This document shows, piece after piece, positions 37,301 through 50,100 of a stretch of 64,000 nt of DNA (position 1 is its first letter; each line of letters starts with the position of its first letter). The stretch is from Eledone cirrhosa (taxonomy: Eukaryota). The notes under the pieces were generated by a model. That model had not been told where the DNA came from. It made no database searches and saw only the letters and a program-made list of their open reading frames with translations. The translations under genes were made by a program, and so were the position numbers. The stretch spans positions 41,602,001 through 41,666,000 of the forward strand of contig OZ024750.1 in the NCBI GenBank assembly GCA_964016885.1, written 5' to 3'.

Positions 37301-40300
37301 GGAGTGACGACTCTTCACCCCAGTCTAGGTGGTATATCTCAGTTGTGGTAGGGAGTGACAGATTCTACACCACAGTCTAGAGGGTATATCTCAGCTGTGG
37401 TAGGGAGTGGCAGACTCTACACCCCAGTCTAGGTGGTATATCTCAGCTGTGGTAGGGAGTGACAGACTCTACACCCCAGTCTAGGTGGTATATCTCAGCT
37501 GTGGTAGGGAGTGACAGACTCCACACCCCAGTCTAGGTGGTATATCTCAGCTGTGGTAGGGATTGGCAGACTCTACACCCCAGTCTAGAGGGTATATCTC
37601 AGCTGTGGTAAGGCGTGACAGACTCTACACCCCAGTCTAGGTGGTATATCTCAGCTGTGGTAGGGAGTGGCAGACTCTACACCCCAGTCAAGGTGGTATA
37701 TCTCAGCTTTGGTAGGGAGTGACAGACTCTACACCCCAGTCTAGGTGGTATATCTCAGCTGTGGTAGGGAGTGACAGACTCTACACCCCAGTCTAGGTGG
37801 TACATCTCAGCTGTGGTAGGGAGTGACAGACTCTACACCCCAGTCTAGGTGGTATATCTCAGCTGTGGTAGGGAGTGACAGACTCTACACCCCAGTCTAG
37901 TTGGTATATCTCAGTTGTGGTAGGGAGTGACAGATTGTACACCACAGTCTAGAGGGTATATCTCAGCTGTGGTAGGGAGTGGCAGACTCTACACCCCAGT
38001 CTAGGTGGTATATCTCAGCTGTGGTAGGGAGTGACAGACTCTACACCCCAGTCTAGGTGGTATATCTCAGCTGTGGTAGGGAGTGACAGACTCCACACCC
38101 CAGTCTAGGTGGTATATCTCAGCTGTGGTAGGGATTGGCAGACACTACACCCCAGTCTAGAGGGTATATCTCAGCTGTGGTAAGGAGTGACAGACTCTAC
38201 ATCCCAGTCTAGGTGGTATATCTCAGCTGTGGTAGGGAGTGACAGACTCTACACCCCAGTCTAGGTGGTATATCTCAGCTGTGGTAGGGAGTGACAGACT
38301 CTACACCCCAGTCTAGGTGGTATATCTCAGCTGTGGTGGGAGTGACAGATTCTACACCGCAGTCTAGGTGGTATATCTCAGCTGGGAGTGACGACTCTGC
38401 ACCCCAGTCTAGGTGTTATATCTCAGCTGTGGTAGGGAGTGACAGACTATACACCCCAGTCTAGGTGGTATATCTCAGCTGTGGTGGGGAGTGACAGACT
38501 CTACACCCCAGTCTAGGTGGTATATCTCAGCTGTGGTAGGGAGTGACAGACTATACACCCCAGTCTAGGTGGTATATCTCAGCTGTGGTGGGGAGTGACA
38601 GACTCTACACCCCAGTCTAGGTGGTATATCTCATCTGTGGCAGGGAGTGACAGACTCTACACCCCAGTCTAGGTGGTATATCTCAGCTGGGAATGACAGA
38701 CTCTACACCCCAGTCTAGGTGGTATATCTCAGCTGTGGCAGGGAGTGACAGACTCTACATCCCAGTCTAGGTGGTATATCTCAGCTGTGGAGGGGACTGA
38801 CAGACTCTACACCCCAGTCTAGGTGGTATATCTCAGTTGTGGTAGGGAGTGACAGACTCTACACCCCAGTCCAGGTGGTATATCTCCACTGTGGTAGGGA
38901 GTGACAGACTCTACACCCCAGTCCAGGTGGAATATCTCCACTGTGGTAGGGAGTGACAGACTCTACACCCCAGTCTAGGTGGTATATCTCAGCTGTGGTA
39001 GGGGGTAACAGACTCTACACCCCAGTCTAGAGGGTATATCTCAGCTGTGGTAGGGAGTGACAGACTCTACACTCCAGTCTAGGTGGTATATCTCAGCTGT
39101 GGTAGGGAGTGACAGACTCTACACCCCAGTCTAGTTGGTATATCTCAGTTGTGGTAGGGAGTGACAGATTCTACACCACAGTCTAGAGGGTATATCTCAG
39201 CTGTGGTAGGGAGTGGCAGACTCTACACCCCAGTCTAGGTGGTATATCTCAGCTGTGGTAGGGAGTGACAGACTCTACACCCCAGTCTAGGTGGTATATC
39301 TCAGCTGTGGTATGGAGTGACAGACTCCACACCCCAGTCTAGGTGGTATATCTCAGCTGGGAGTTACAGACTCTACACCCCAGTCTAGAGGGTATATCTC
39401 AGCTGTGGTAAGGCGTGACAGACTCTACACCCCAGTCTAGGTGGTATATCTCAGCTGTGGTAGGGCTGGCAGACTCTACACCCCAGTCAAGGTGGTATAT
39501 CTCAGCTGTGGTAGGGAGTGACAGAATCTACACCCCAGCCTAGGTGATATACCTCAGCTGTGGTAGAGAGTGACAGACTACACACCCCAGTCTAGGTGGT
39601 ATATCTCAGCTGTGGTAGGGAGTGACAGACTCTACACCCCAGTCTAGGTGGTATATCTCAGCTGTGGCAGGGAGTGACAGACTCTGCACCCCAGTCTAGG
39701 TGGTATATCTCAGCTGTGGTAGGAAGTGACAGACTCTGCACCCCAGGCAAGGTGGTATATCTCAGCTGTGGTAGGGAGTGACAGACTCTACACCCCAGTC
39801 TAGGTGGTATATCTCAGCTGTGGCAGGGAGTGACAGACTCTACACCCCAGTCTAGGTGGTATGTCTATGCTGGGAGTGACAGACTCTACACCCCAGTCTA
39901 GAGGGTATATCTCAGCTGTGGTGGGGAGTGACAGACTCTATACCCCAGTCTAGGTGGTATGTCTCATCTGTGGCAGGGAATGACAGATTCTACACCCCAG
40001 TCTAGATGGTATATCTCAGCTGTGGTAGGCACTGACAGGCTCTACACCCCACTCTAGGTGGTATATCTCAGCTGGGAGTGACAGACTCTACACCCCAGTC
40101 TAGGTGGTATATCTACACTGTGGTAGGGAGTGACAGACTCTACACCCCAGTCTAGGTGGTATATCTCAGCTGTGGTAGGGAGTAACACACTCTACACCCC
40201 AGTGTAGGTGGTATATCTCAGCTGTGGTAGGGAGTGGCAGAATCTACACCCCAGTCTAGGTGGTATATCTCAGCTGTGGTAGGGAGTGACAGACTCTACA

Positions 40301-41300
40301 CCCCAGTCTAGAGGGTATATCTCAGCTGTGGTAGGGAGTGACAGACTCTACACCCCAGTCTAGGTGGTATATCTCAGCTGTGGTAGGGAGTGACAGATTC
40401 TACACCAAAGTCTAGGTGGTATATCTCAGCTGTGGTAGGGAGTGACAGGCTCTACACCCCAGTCTAGGTGGTTTATCTTAGCTGTGGTAGGGAGTAACAG
40501 ACTCTACACCCCAGTGTAGGTGGTATATCTCAGCTGTGGTAGGGAGTGGCAGACTCTACACCCCAGTCTAGGTGGTATATCTCAGCTGTGGCAGGGAGTG
40601 ACAGACTCTACACCCCAGTCTAGGTGGTATATCTCAGCTGTGGTAGGGAGTGACAAACTCTACACCCCAGTCTAGGTGGTATATCTCAGCTGGGAGTGAC
40701 AGACTCTACACTCCAGTCCAGGTGGTATATCTCAGTTGTGGTAAGGAGTGACAGACTCTACACCCCAGTCTAGGTGGTATATCTCAGCTGGGAGTGACGA
40801 CTCTTCACCCCAGTCTAGGTGGTATATCTCAGTTGTGGTAGGGAGTGACAGATTCTACACCACAGTCTAGAGGGTATATCTCAGCTGTGGTAGGGAGTGG
40901 CAGACTCTACACCCCAGTCTAGGTGGTATATCTCAGCTGTGGTAGGGAGTGACAGACTCTACACCCCAGTCTAGGTGGTATATCTCAGCTGTGGTAGGGA
41001 GTGACAGACTCCACACCCCAGTCTAGGTGGTATATCTCAGCTGTGGTAGGGATTGGCAGACTCTACACCCCAGTCTAGAGGGTATATCTCAGCTGTGGTA
41101 AGGCGTGACAGACTCTACACCCCAGTCTAGGTGGTATATCTCAGCTGTGGTAGGGAGTGGCAGACTCTACACCCCAGTCAAGGTGGTATATCTCAGCTTT
41201 GGTAGGGAGTGACAGACTCTACACCCCAGTCTAGGTGGTATATCTCAGCTGTGGTAGGGAGTGACAGACTCTACACCCCAGTCTAGGTGGTACATCTCAG
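34320..41300. repeat. Near-perfect tandem duplication of 3490 bp
   Basis: CAGATTGTAC at 34441/37931, TAGGGCTGGC at 35971/39461 and TACATCTCAG at 37801/41291. CCAGGCAAGG and TTTATCTTAG occur in both copies. Confidence 0.95.
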
Positions 41301-44169
41301 CTGTGGTAGGGAGTGACAGACTCTACACCCCAGTCTAGGTGGTATATCTCAGCTGTGGTAGGGAGTGACAGACTCTACACCCCAGTCTAGGTGGTATATC
41401 TCAGCTGGGAGTGACAGACTCTACACCCCAGTCTAGGTGGTATATCTCAGCTGTGGCAGGGAGTGACAGACTCTACACCCCAGTCTAGGTGGTATATCTC
41501 AGCTGTGGTGGGGAGTGACAGACTCTACACCCCAGTCTAGGTGGTATATCTCAGCTGTGGTGGGCACTGACAGACTCTACACCCCAGTCCAGGTGGTATA
41601 TCTCAGCTGTGGTAAGGAGTGACAGACTCTGCACCCCAGTCTAGGTGGTATATCTCAGCTGTGGTAGGGAGTGACAGACTCTACACCCCAGTCTAGGTGG
41701 TATATCTCAGCTGTGGCAGGGAGTGACAGACTCTACACCCCAGTCTAGGTGGTATATCTCAGCTGGGAGTGACAGACTCTACACCCCAGTCTAGAGGGTA
41801 TATCTCAGCTGTGGTGGGGAGTGACAGACTCTACACCCCAGTCTAGGTGGTATGTCTCATCTGTGGCAGGGAATGACAGACTCTACACCCCAGTCTAGAT
41901 GGTATATCTCAGCTGTGGTAGGCACTGACAGGCTCTACACCCCACTCTAGGTGGTATATCTCAGCTGGGAGTGACAGACTCTACACCCCAGTCTAGGTGG
42001 TATATCTACACTGTGGTAGGGAGTGACAGACTCTACACCCCAGTCTAGGTGGTATATCTCAGCTGTGGTAGGGAGTAACACACTCTACACCCCAGTGTAG
42101 GTGGTATATCTCAGCTGTGGTAGGGAGTGGCAGAATCTACACCCCAGTCTAGGTGGTATATCTCAGCTGTGGTAGGGAGTGACAGACTCTACACCCCAGT
42201 CTAGAGGGTATATCTCAGCTGTGGTAGGGAGTGACAGACTCTACACCCCAGTCTAGGTGGTATATCTCAGCTGTGGTAGGGAGTGACAGATTCTACACCA
42301 AAGTCTAGGTGGTATATCTCAGCTGTGGTAGGGAGTGACAGGCTCTACACCCCAGTCTAGGTGGTTTATCTCAGCTGTGGTAGGGAGTAACAGACTCTAC
42401 ACCCCAGTGTAGGTGGTATATCTCAGCTGTGGTAGGGAGTGGCAGACTCTACACCCCAGTCTAGGTGGTATATCTCAGCTGTGGCAGGGAGTGACAGACT
42501 CTACACCCCAGTCTAGGTGGTATATCTCAGCTGGGAGTGACGACTCTTCACCCCAGTCTAGGTGGTATATCTCAGCTGTGGCAGGGAGTGACAGACTCTA
42601 CACCCCAGTCTAGGTGGTATATCTCAGCTGTGGCAGGGAGTGACAGACTCTACACCCCAGTCTAGGTGGTATATCTCAGCTGTGGTGGGTGAGTGACAGA
42701 CTCTACACCCCAGTCTAGGTGGTATATCTCAGCTGTGGCAGGGAGTGACAGACTCTACACCCCAGTCTAGGTGGTATATCTCAGCTGTGGTAGGGAGTGA
42801 TAGACTCTACACCCCAGTCTAGGTGGTATATCTCAGCTGTGGCAGGGAGTGACAGACTATACACCCCAGTCTAGGTGGTATATCTCAGCTGTGGTGGGGA
42901 GTGACAGACTCTACACCCCAGTCTAGGTGGTATATCTCAGCTGTGGCAGGGAGTGACAGATTCTACACCGCAGTCTAGGTGGTATATCTCAGCTGGGAGT
43001 GACGACTCTGCACCCCAGTCTAGGTGGTATATCTCAGCTGTGGCAGGGAGTGACAGATTCTACACCGCAGTCTAGGTGGTATATCTCAGCTGGGAGTGAC
43101 GACTCTGCACCCCAGTCTAGGTGGTATATCTCAGCTGTGGCAGGGAGTGACAGACTCTACACCCCAGTCTAGGTGGTATATCTCAGCTGTGGAGGGGACT
43201 GACAGACTCTACACCTCAGTCTAGGTGGTATATCTCAGCTGGGAATGACAGACTCTACACCCCAGTCTAGGTGGTATATCTCAGCTGTGGCAGGGAGTGA
43301 CAGACTCTACACCCCAGTCTAGGTGGTATATCTCAGCTGTGGAGGGGACTGACAGACTCTACACCCCAGTCTAGGTGGTATATCTCAGTTGTGGTAGGGA
43401 GTGACAGACTCTACACCCCAGTCCAGGTGGTATATCTCCACTGTGGTAGGGAGTGACAGACTCTACACCCCAGTCCAGGTGGAATATCTCCACTGTGGTA
43501 GGGAGTGACAGACTCTACACCCCAGTCTAGGTGGTATATCTCAGCTGTGGTAGGGAGTAACAGACTCTACACCCCAGTCTAGAGGGTATATCTCAGCTGT
43601 GGTAGGGAGTGACAGACTCTACACTCCAGTCTAGGTGGTATATCTCAGCTGTGGTAGGGAGTGACAGACTCTACACCCCAGTCTAGTTGGTATATCTCAG
43701 TTGTGGTAGGGAGTGACAGATTCTACACCACAGTCTAGAGGGTATATCTCAGCTGTGGTAGGGAGTGGCAGACTCTACACCCCAGTCTAGGTGGTATATC
43801 TCAGCTGTGGTGGGGAGTGATAGACTCTACACCCCAGTCTAGGTGGTATATCTCAGCTGTGGTATGGAGTGACAGACTCCACACCCCAGTCTAGGTGGTA
43901 TATCTCAGCTGGGAGTGACAGACTCTACACCCCAGTCTAGAGGGTATATCTCAGCTGTGGTAAGGCGTGACAGACTCTACACCCCAGTCTAGGTGGTATA
44001 TCTCAGCTGTGGTAGGGAGTGGCAGACTCTACACCCCAGTCAAGGTGGTATATCTCAGCTGTGGTAGGGAGTGACAGACTCTACACCCCAGCCTAGGTGA
44101 TATACCTCAGCTGTGGTAGAGAGTGACAGACTACACACCCCAGTCTAGGTGGTATATCTCAGCTGTGGT

Positions 44170-47100
44170 AGGGAGTGACAGACTCTGCACCCCAGTCTAG
44201 GTGGTATATCTCAGCTGTGGTAGGAAGTGACAGACTCTACACCCCAGTCTTGGTGGTATATCTCAGCTGTGGTGGGGAGTGACAGACTCTACACCCCAGT
44301 CTAGGTGGTATATCTCAGCTGTGGTAGGGAGAGGTAGACTCTACACCCCAGTCTAGGTGGCATATCTCAGCTGTGGTGGGGACTGACAGACTCTAAACCC
44401 CAGTCTAGCTGGTATATCTCAGCTGTGGTAGGGAGTGACAGACTCTACACCCCAGTCCAGGTGGTATATTTCAGCTGTGGTAAGGAGTGACAGACTCTAC
44501 ACCCTGGTCTAGGTGGTATATCTCAGCTGTGGTGGGGAGTGACAGACTCTACACCCCAGTCTAGGTGGTATAACTCAGCTGGGAGTGACAGACTCTACAC
44601 CCCAGTCTAAATGGTATATCTCAGCTGTGGTAGGCACTGAAAGACTCTACACCCCAGTCTAGGTGGTATATGTCAGCTGTGGTAGGGAGTAACAGACTCT
44701 ACACCCCAGTCTAGGTGGTATAACTCAGCTGGGAGTGACAGACTCTACACCCCAGTCTAAATGGTATATCTCAGCTGTGGTAGGCACTGAAAGACTCTAC
44801 ACCCCAGTCTAGGTGGTATATCTCAGTTGTGGTAGGGAGTGACAGATTCTACACCACTGTCTAGAGGGTATATCTCAGCTGTGGTAGGGATTGGCAGACT
44901 CTACACCCCAGTCTAGATGGTATATCTCAGCTGTGGTAGGGAGTGACAGACTCTACACCCCTGTCTAGGCGGTATATCTCAGCTGTGGTAGGGAGTGACA
45001 GACTCCACACCCCAGTCTAGCTGGTATATCTCAGCTGGGAGTCACAGACTCTACACCCCAGTCTAGAGGGTATATCTCAGCTGCGGTAAGGAGTGACAGA
45101 CTCTACACCCCAGTCTAGGTGGTATATCTCAGCTGTGGTAGGGAGTGGCAGACTCTACACCCCAGTCTAGGTGGTATATCTCAGCTCTGATAGGGAGTGA
45201 CAGACTCTACACCCCAGTCTAGGTGGTATATCTCAGCTGTGGCAGGGAGTGACAGACTCTACACCCCAGTCTAGGTGGTATATCTCAGCTGTGGTGGGGA
45301 GTGACAGACTCTACACCCCAGTCTAGGTGGTATATCTCAGCTGTGGTAGGGAGTGGCAGACTCTACACCCCAGTCTAGAGGGTATATCTCAGCTGTGGTG
45401 GGGAGTGACAGACTCTACACCCCAGTCCAGGTGGTATATCTCAGCTGTGGTAAGGAGTGACAGACTCTGCACCCCAGTCTAGGTGGTATATCTCAGCTGT
45501 GGTAGGGAATGACAGACTCTACAACCCAGTCTAGGTGGTATATCTCAGCTGTGGCAGGGAGTGACAGACTCTACACCCCAGTCTAGGTGGTATATCTCAG
45601 CTGGGAGTGACAGACTATACACCCCAGTCTAGATGCTATATCTCAGCTGTGGTAGGCACTGACAGGCTCTACACCCCAGTCTAGGTGGTATATCTCAGCT
45701 GTGGTAGGGAGTAACAGACTCTACACCCCAGTGTAGGTGGTATATCTCAGCTGTGGAAGGGAGTGGCAGACTCTACACCCCAGTCTAGGTGGTATATCTC
45801 AGCTGTGGTAGGGAGTGACAGACTCTACACCCCAGTCTAGAGGGTATATCTCAGCTGTGGTAGGGAGTGACAGACTCTACACCCCAGTCTAGGTGGTATA
45901 TCTCAGTTGTGGTAGGGAGTGACAGATTCTACACCACAGTCTAGAGGGTATATCTCAGCTGTGGTAGGGAGTGGCAGACTCTACACCCCAGTCAAGGTGG
46001 TATATCTCAGCTGTGGTAGGGAGTGACAGACTCTACACCCCAGTCTAGGTGGTATATCTCAGCTGTGGTAGGGATTGGCAGACACTACACCCCAGTCTAG
46101 AGGGTATATCTCAGCTGTGGTAAGGAGTGACAGACTCTACATCCCAGTCTAGGTGGTATATCTCAGATGTGGTAGGGAGTGGCAGACTCTACACCCCAGT
46201 CAAGGTGGTATATCTCAGCTTTGGTAGGGAGTGACAGACTCTACACCCCAGTCTAGGTGGTATATCTCAGCTGTGGTAGGGAGTGACAGACTCTACACCT
46301 CAGTCTAGGTGGTATATCTCAGCTGTGGCAGGGAGTGACAGACTCTGCACCCCAGTCTAGGTGGTATATCTCAGCTGTGGTAGGAAGTGACAGACTCTAC
46401 ACCCCAGTCTTGGTGGTATATCTCAGCTGTGGTGGGGAGTGACAGACTCTACACCCCAGTCTAGGTGGTATATCTCAGCTGTGGTAGGGAGAGGTAGACT
46501 CTACACCCCAGTCTAGGTGGCATATCTCAGCTGTGGTGGGGACTGACAGACTCTAAACCCCAGTCTAGCTGGTATATCTCAGCTGTGGTAGGGAGTGACA
46601 GACTCTACACCCCAGTCCAGGTGGTATATTTCAGCTGTGGTAAGGAGTGACAGACTCTACACCCTGGTCTAGGTGGTATATCTCAGCTGTGGTGGGGAGT
46701 GACAGACTCTACACCCCAGTCTAGGTGGTATAACTCAGCTGGGAGTGACAGACTCTACACCCCAGTCTAAATGGTATATCTCAGCTGTGGTAGGCACTGA
46801 AAGACTCTACACCCCAGTCTAGGTGGTATATGTCAGCTGTGGTAGGGAGTAACAGACTCTACACCCCAGGCTAGGTGGTATAATTCAGCTGGGAGTGACA
46901 GACTCTACACCCCAGTCTAAATGGTATATCTCAGCTGTGGTAGGCACTGAAAGACTCTACACCCCAGTCTAGGTGGTATATCTCAGTTGTGGTAGGGAGT
47001 GACAGATTCTACACCACTGTCTAGAGGGTATATCTCAGCTGTGGTAGGGATTGGCAGACTCTACACCCCAGTCTAGATGGTATATCTCAGCTGTGGTAGG

Positions 47101-50100
47101 GAGTGACAGACTCTACACCCCTGTCTAGGCGGTATATCTCAGCTGTGGTAGGGAGTGACAGACTCCACACCCCAGTCTAGCTGGTATATCTCAGCTGGGA
47201 GTCACAGACTCTACACCCCAGTCTAGAGGGTATATCTCAGCTGCGGTAAGGAGTGACAGACTCTACACCCCAGTCTAGGTGGTATATCTCAGCTGTGGTA
47301 GGGAGTGGCAGACTCTACACCCCAGTCTAGGTGGTATATCTCAGCTCTGATAGGGAGTGACAGACTCTACACCCCAGTCTAGGTGGTATATCTCAGCTGT
47401 GGCAGGGAGTGACAGACTCTACACCCCAGTCTAGGTGGTATATCTCAGCTGTGGTGGGGAGTGACAGACTCTACACCCCAGTCTAGGTGGTATATCTCAG
47501 CTGTGGTAGGGAGTGGCAGACTCTACACCCCAGTCTAGAGGGTATATCTCAGCTGTGGTGGGGAGTGACAGACTCTACACCCCAGTCCAGGTGGTATATC
47601 TCAGCTGTGGTAAGGAGTGACAGACTCTGCACCCCAGTCTAGGTGGTATATCTCAGCTGTGGTAGGGAATGACAGACTCTACAACCCAGTCTAGGTGGTA
47701 TATCTCAGCTGTGGCAGGGAGTGACAGACTCTACACCCCAGTCTAGGTGGTATATCTCAGCTGGGAGTGACAGACTATACACCCCAGTCTAGATGGTATA
47801 TCTCAGCTGTGGTAGGCACTGACAGGCTCTACACCCCAGTCTAGGTGGTATATCTCAGCTGTGGTAGGGAGTAACAGACTCTACACCCCAGTGTAGGTGG
47901 TATATCTCAGCTGTGGAAGGGAGTGGCAGACTCTACACCCCAGTCTAGGTGGTATATCTCAGCTGTGGTAGGGAGTGACAGACTCTACACCCCAGTCTAG
48001 AGGGTATATCTCAGCTGTGGTAGGGAGTGACAGACTCTACACCCCAGTCTAGGTGGTATATCTCAGTTGTGGTAGGGAGTGACAGATTCTACACCACAGT
48101 CTAGAGGGTATATCTCAGCTGTGGTAGGGAGTGGCAGACTCTACACCCCAGTCTAGGTGGTATATCTCAGCTGTGGTAGGGAGTGACAGACTCTACACCC
48201 CAGTCTAGGTGGTATATCTCAGCTGTGGTAGGGATTGGCAGACACTACACCCCAGTCTAGAGGGTATATCTCAGCTGTGGTAAGGAGTGACAGACTCTAC
48301 ATCCCAGTCTAGGTGGTATATCTCAGCTGTGGTAGGGAGTGGCAGACTCTACACCCCAGTCAAGGTGGTATATCTCAGCTTTGGTAGGGAGTGACAGACT
48401 CTACACCCCAGTCTAGGTGGTATATCTCAGCTGTGGTAGGGAGTGACAGACTCTACACCCCAGTCTAGGTGGTACATCTCAGCTGTGGTAGGGAGTGACA
48501 GACTCTACACCCCGGTCTAGGTGGTATATCTCAGCTGTGGTAGGGATTGGCAGACACTACACCCCAGTCTAGAGGGTATATCTCAGCTGTGGTAAGGAGT
48601 GACAGACTCTACACCCCAGTCTAGGTGGTATATCTCAGCTGTGGTAGGGAGTGGCAGACTCTACACCCCAGTCAAGGTGGTATATCTCAGCTTTGGTAGG
48701 GAGTGACAGACTCTACACCCCAGTCTAGGTGGTATATCTCAGCTGTGGTAGGGAGTGACAGACTCTACACCCCAGTCTAGGTGGTACATCTCAGCTGTGG
48801 TAGGGAGTGACAGACTCTACACCCCAGTCTAGGTGGTATATCTCAGCTGTGGTAGGGAGTGACAGACTCTACACCCCAGTCTAGGTGGTATATCTCAGCT
48901 GGGAGTGACAGACTCTACACCCCAGTCTAGGTGGTATATCTCAGCTGTGGCAGGGAGTGACAGACTCTACACCCCAGTCTAGGTGGTATATCTCAGCTGT
49001 GGTAGGGAGTGGCAGACTCTACACCCCAGTCTAGGTGGTATATCTCAGCTGTGGTGGGGAGTGACAGACTCTACACCCCAGTCTAGGTGGTATATCTCAG
49101 CTGTGGTGGGGACTGACAGACTCTACACCCCAGTCCAGGTGGTATATCTCAGCTGTGGTAAGGAGTGACAGACTCTGCACCCCAGTCTAGGTGGTATATC
49201 TCAGCTGTGGTAGGGAGTGACAGACTTTACACCCCAGTCTAGGTGGTATATCTCAGCTGTGGCAGGGAGTGACAGACTCTACACCCCAGTCTAGGTGGTA
49301 TATCTCAGCTGGGAGTGACAGACTCTACACCCCAGTCTAGAGGGTATATCTCAGCTGTGGTGGGGAGTGACAGACTCTACACCCCAGTCTAGGTGGTATG
49401 CCTCATCTGTGGCAGGGAATGACAGACTCTACACCCCAGTCTAGATGGTATATCTCAGCTGTGGTAGGCACTGACAGGCTCTACACCCCACTCTAGGTGG
49501 TATATCTCAGCTGGGAGTGACAGACTCTACACCCCAGTCTAGGTGGTATATCTACACTGTGGTAGGGAGTGACAGACTCTACACCCCAGTCTAGGTGGTA
49601 TATCTCAGCTGTGGTAGGGAGTAACACACTCTACACCCCAGTGTAGGTGGTATATCTCAGCTGTGGTAGGGAGTGGCAGAATCTACACCCCAGTCTAGGT
49701 GGTATATCTCAGCTGTGGTAGGGAGTGACAGACTCTACACCCCAGTCTAGAGGGTATATCTCAGCTGTGGTAGGGAGTGACAGACTCTACACCCCAGTCT
49801 AGGTGGTATATCTCAGCTGTGGTAGGGAGTGACAGATTCTACACCAAAGTCTAGGTGGTATATCTCAGCTGTGGTAGGGAGTGACAGGCTCTACACCCCA
49901 GTCTAGGTGGTTTATCTCAGCTGTGGTAAGGAGTGACAGACTCTACACCCTGGTCTAGGTGGTATATCTCAGCTGTGGTGGGGAGTGACAGACTCTACAC
50001 CCCAGTCTAGGTGGTATAACTCAGCTGGGAGTGACAGACTCTACACCCCAGTCTAAATGGTATATCTCAGCTGTGGTAGGCACTGAAAGACTCTACACCC

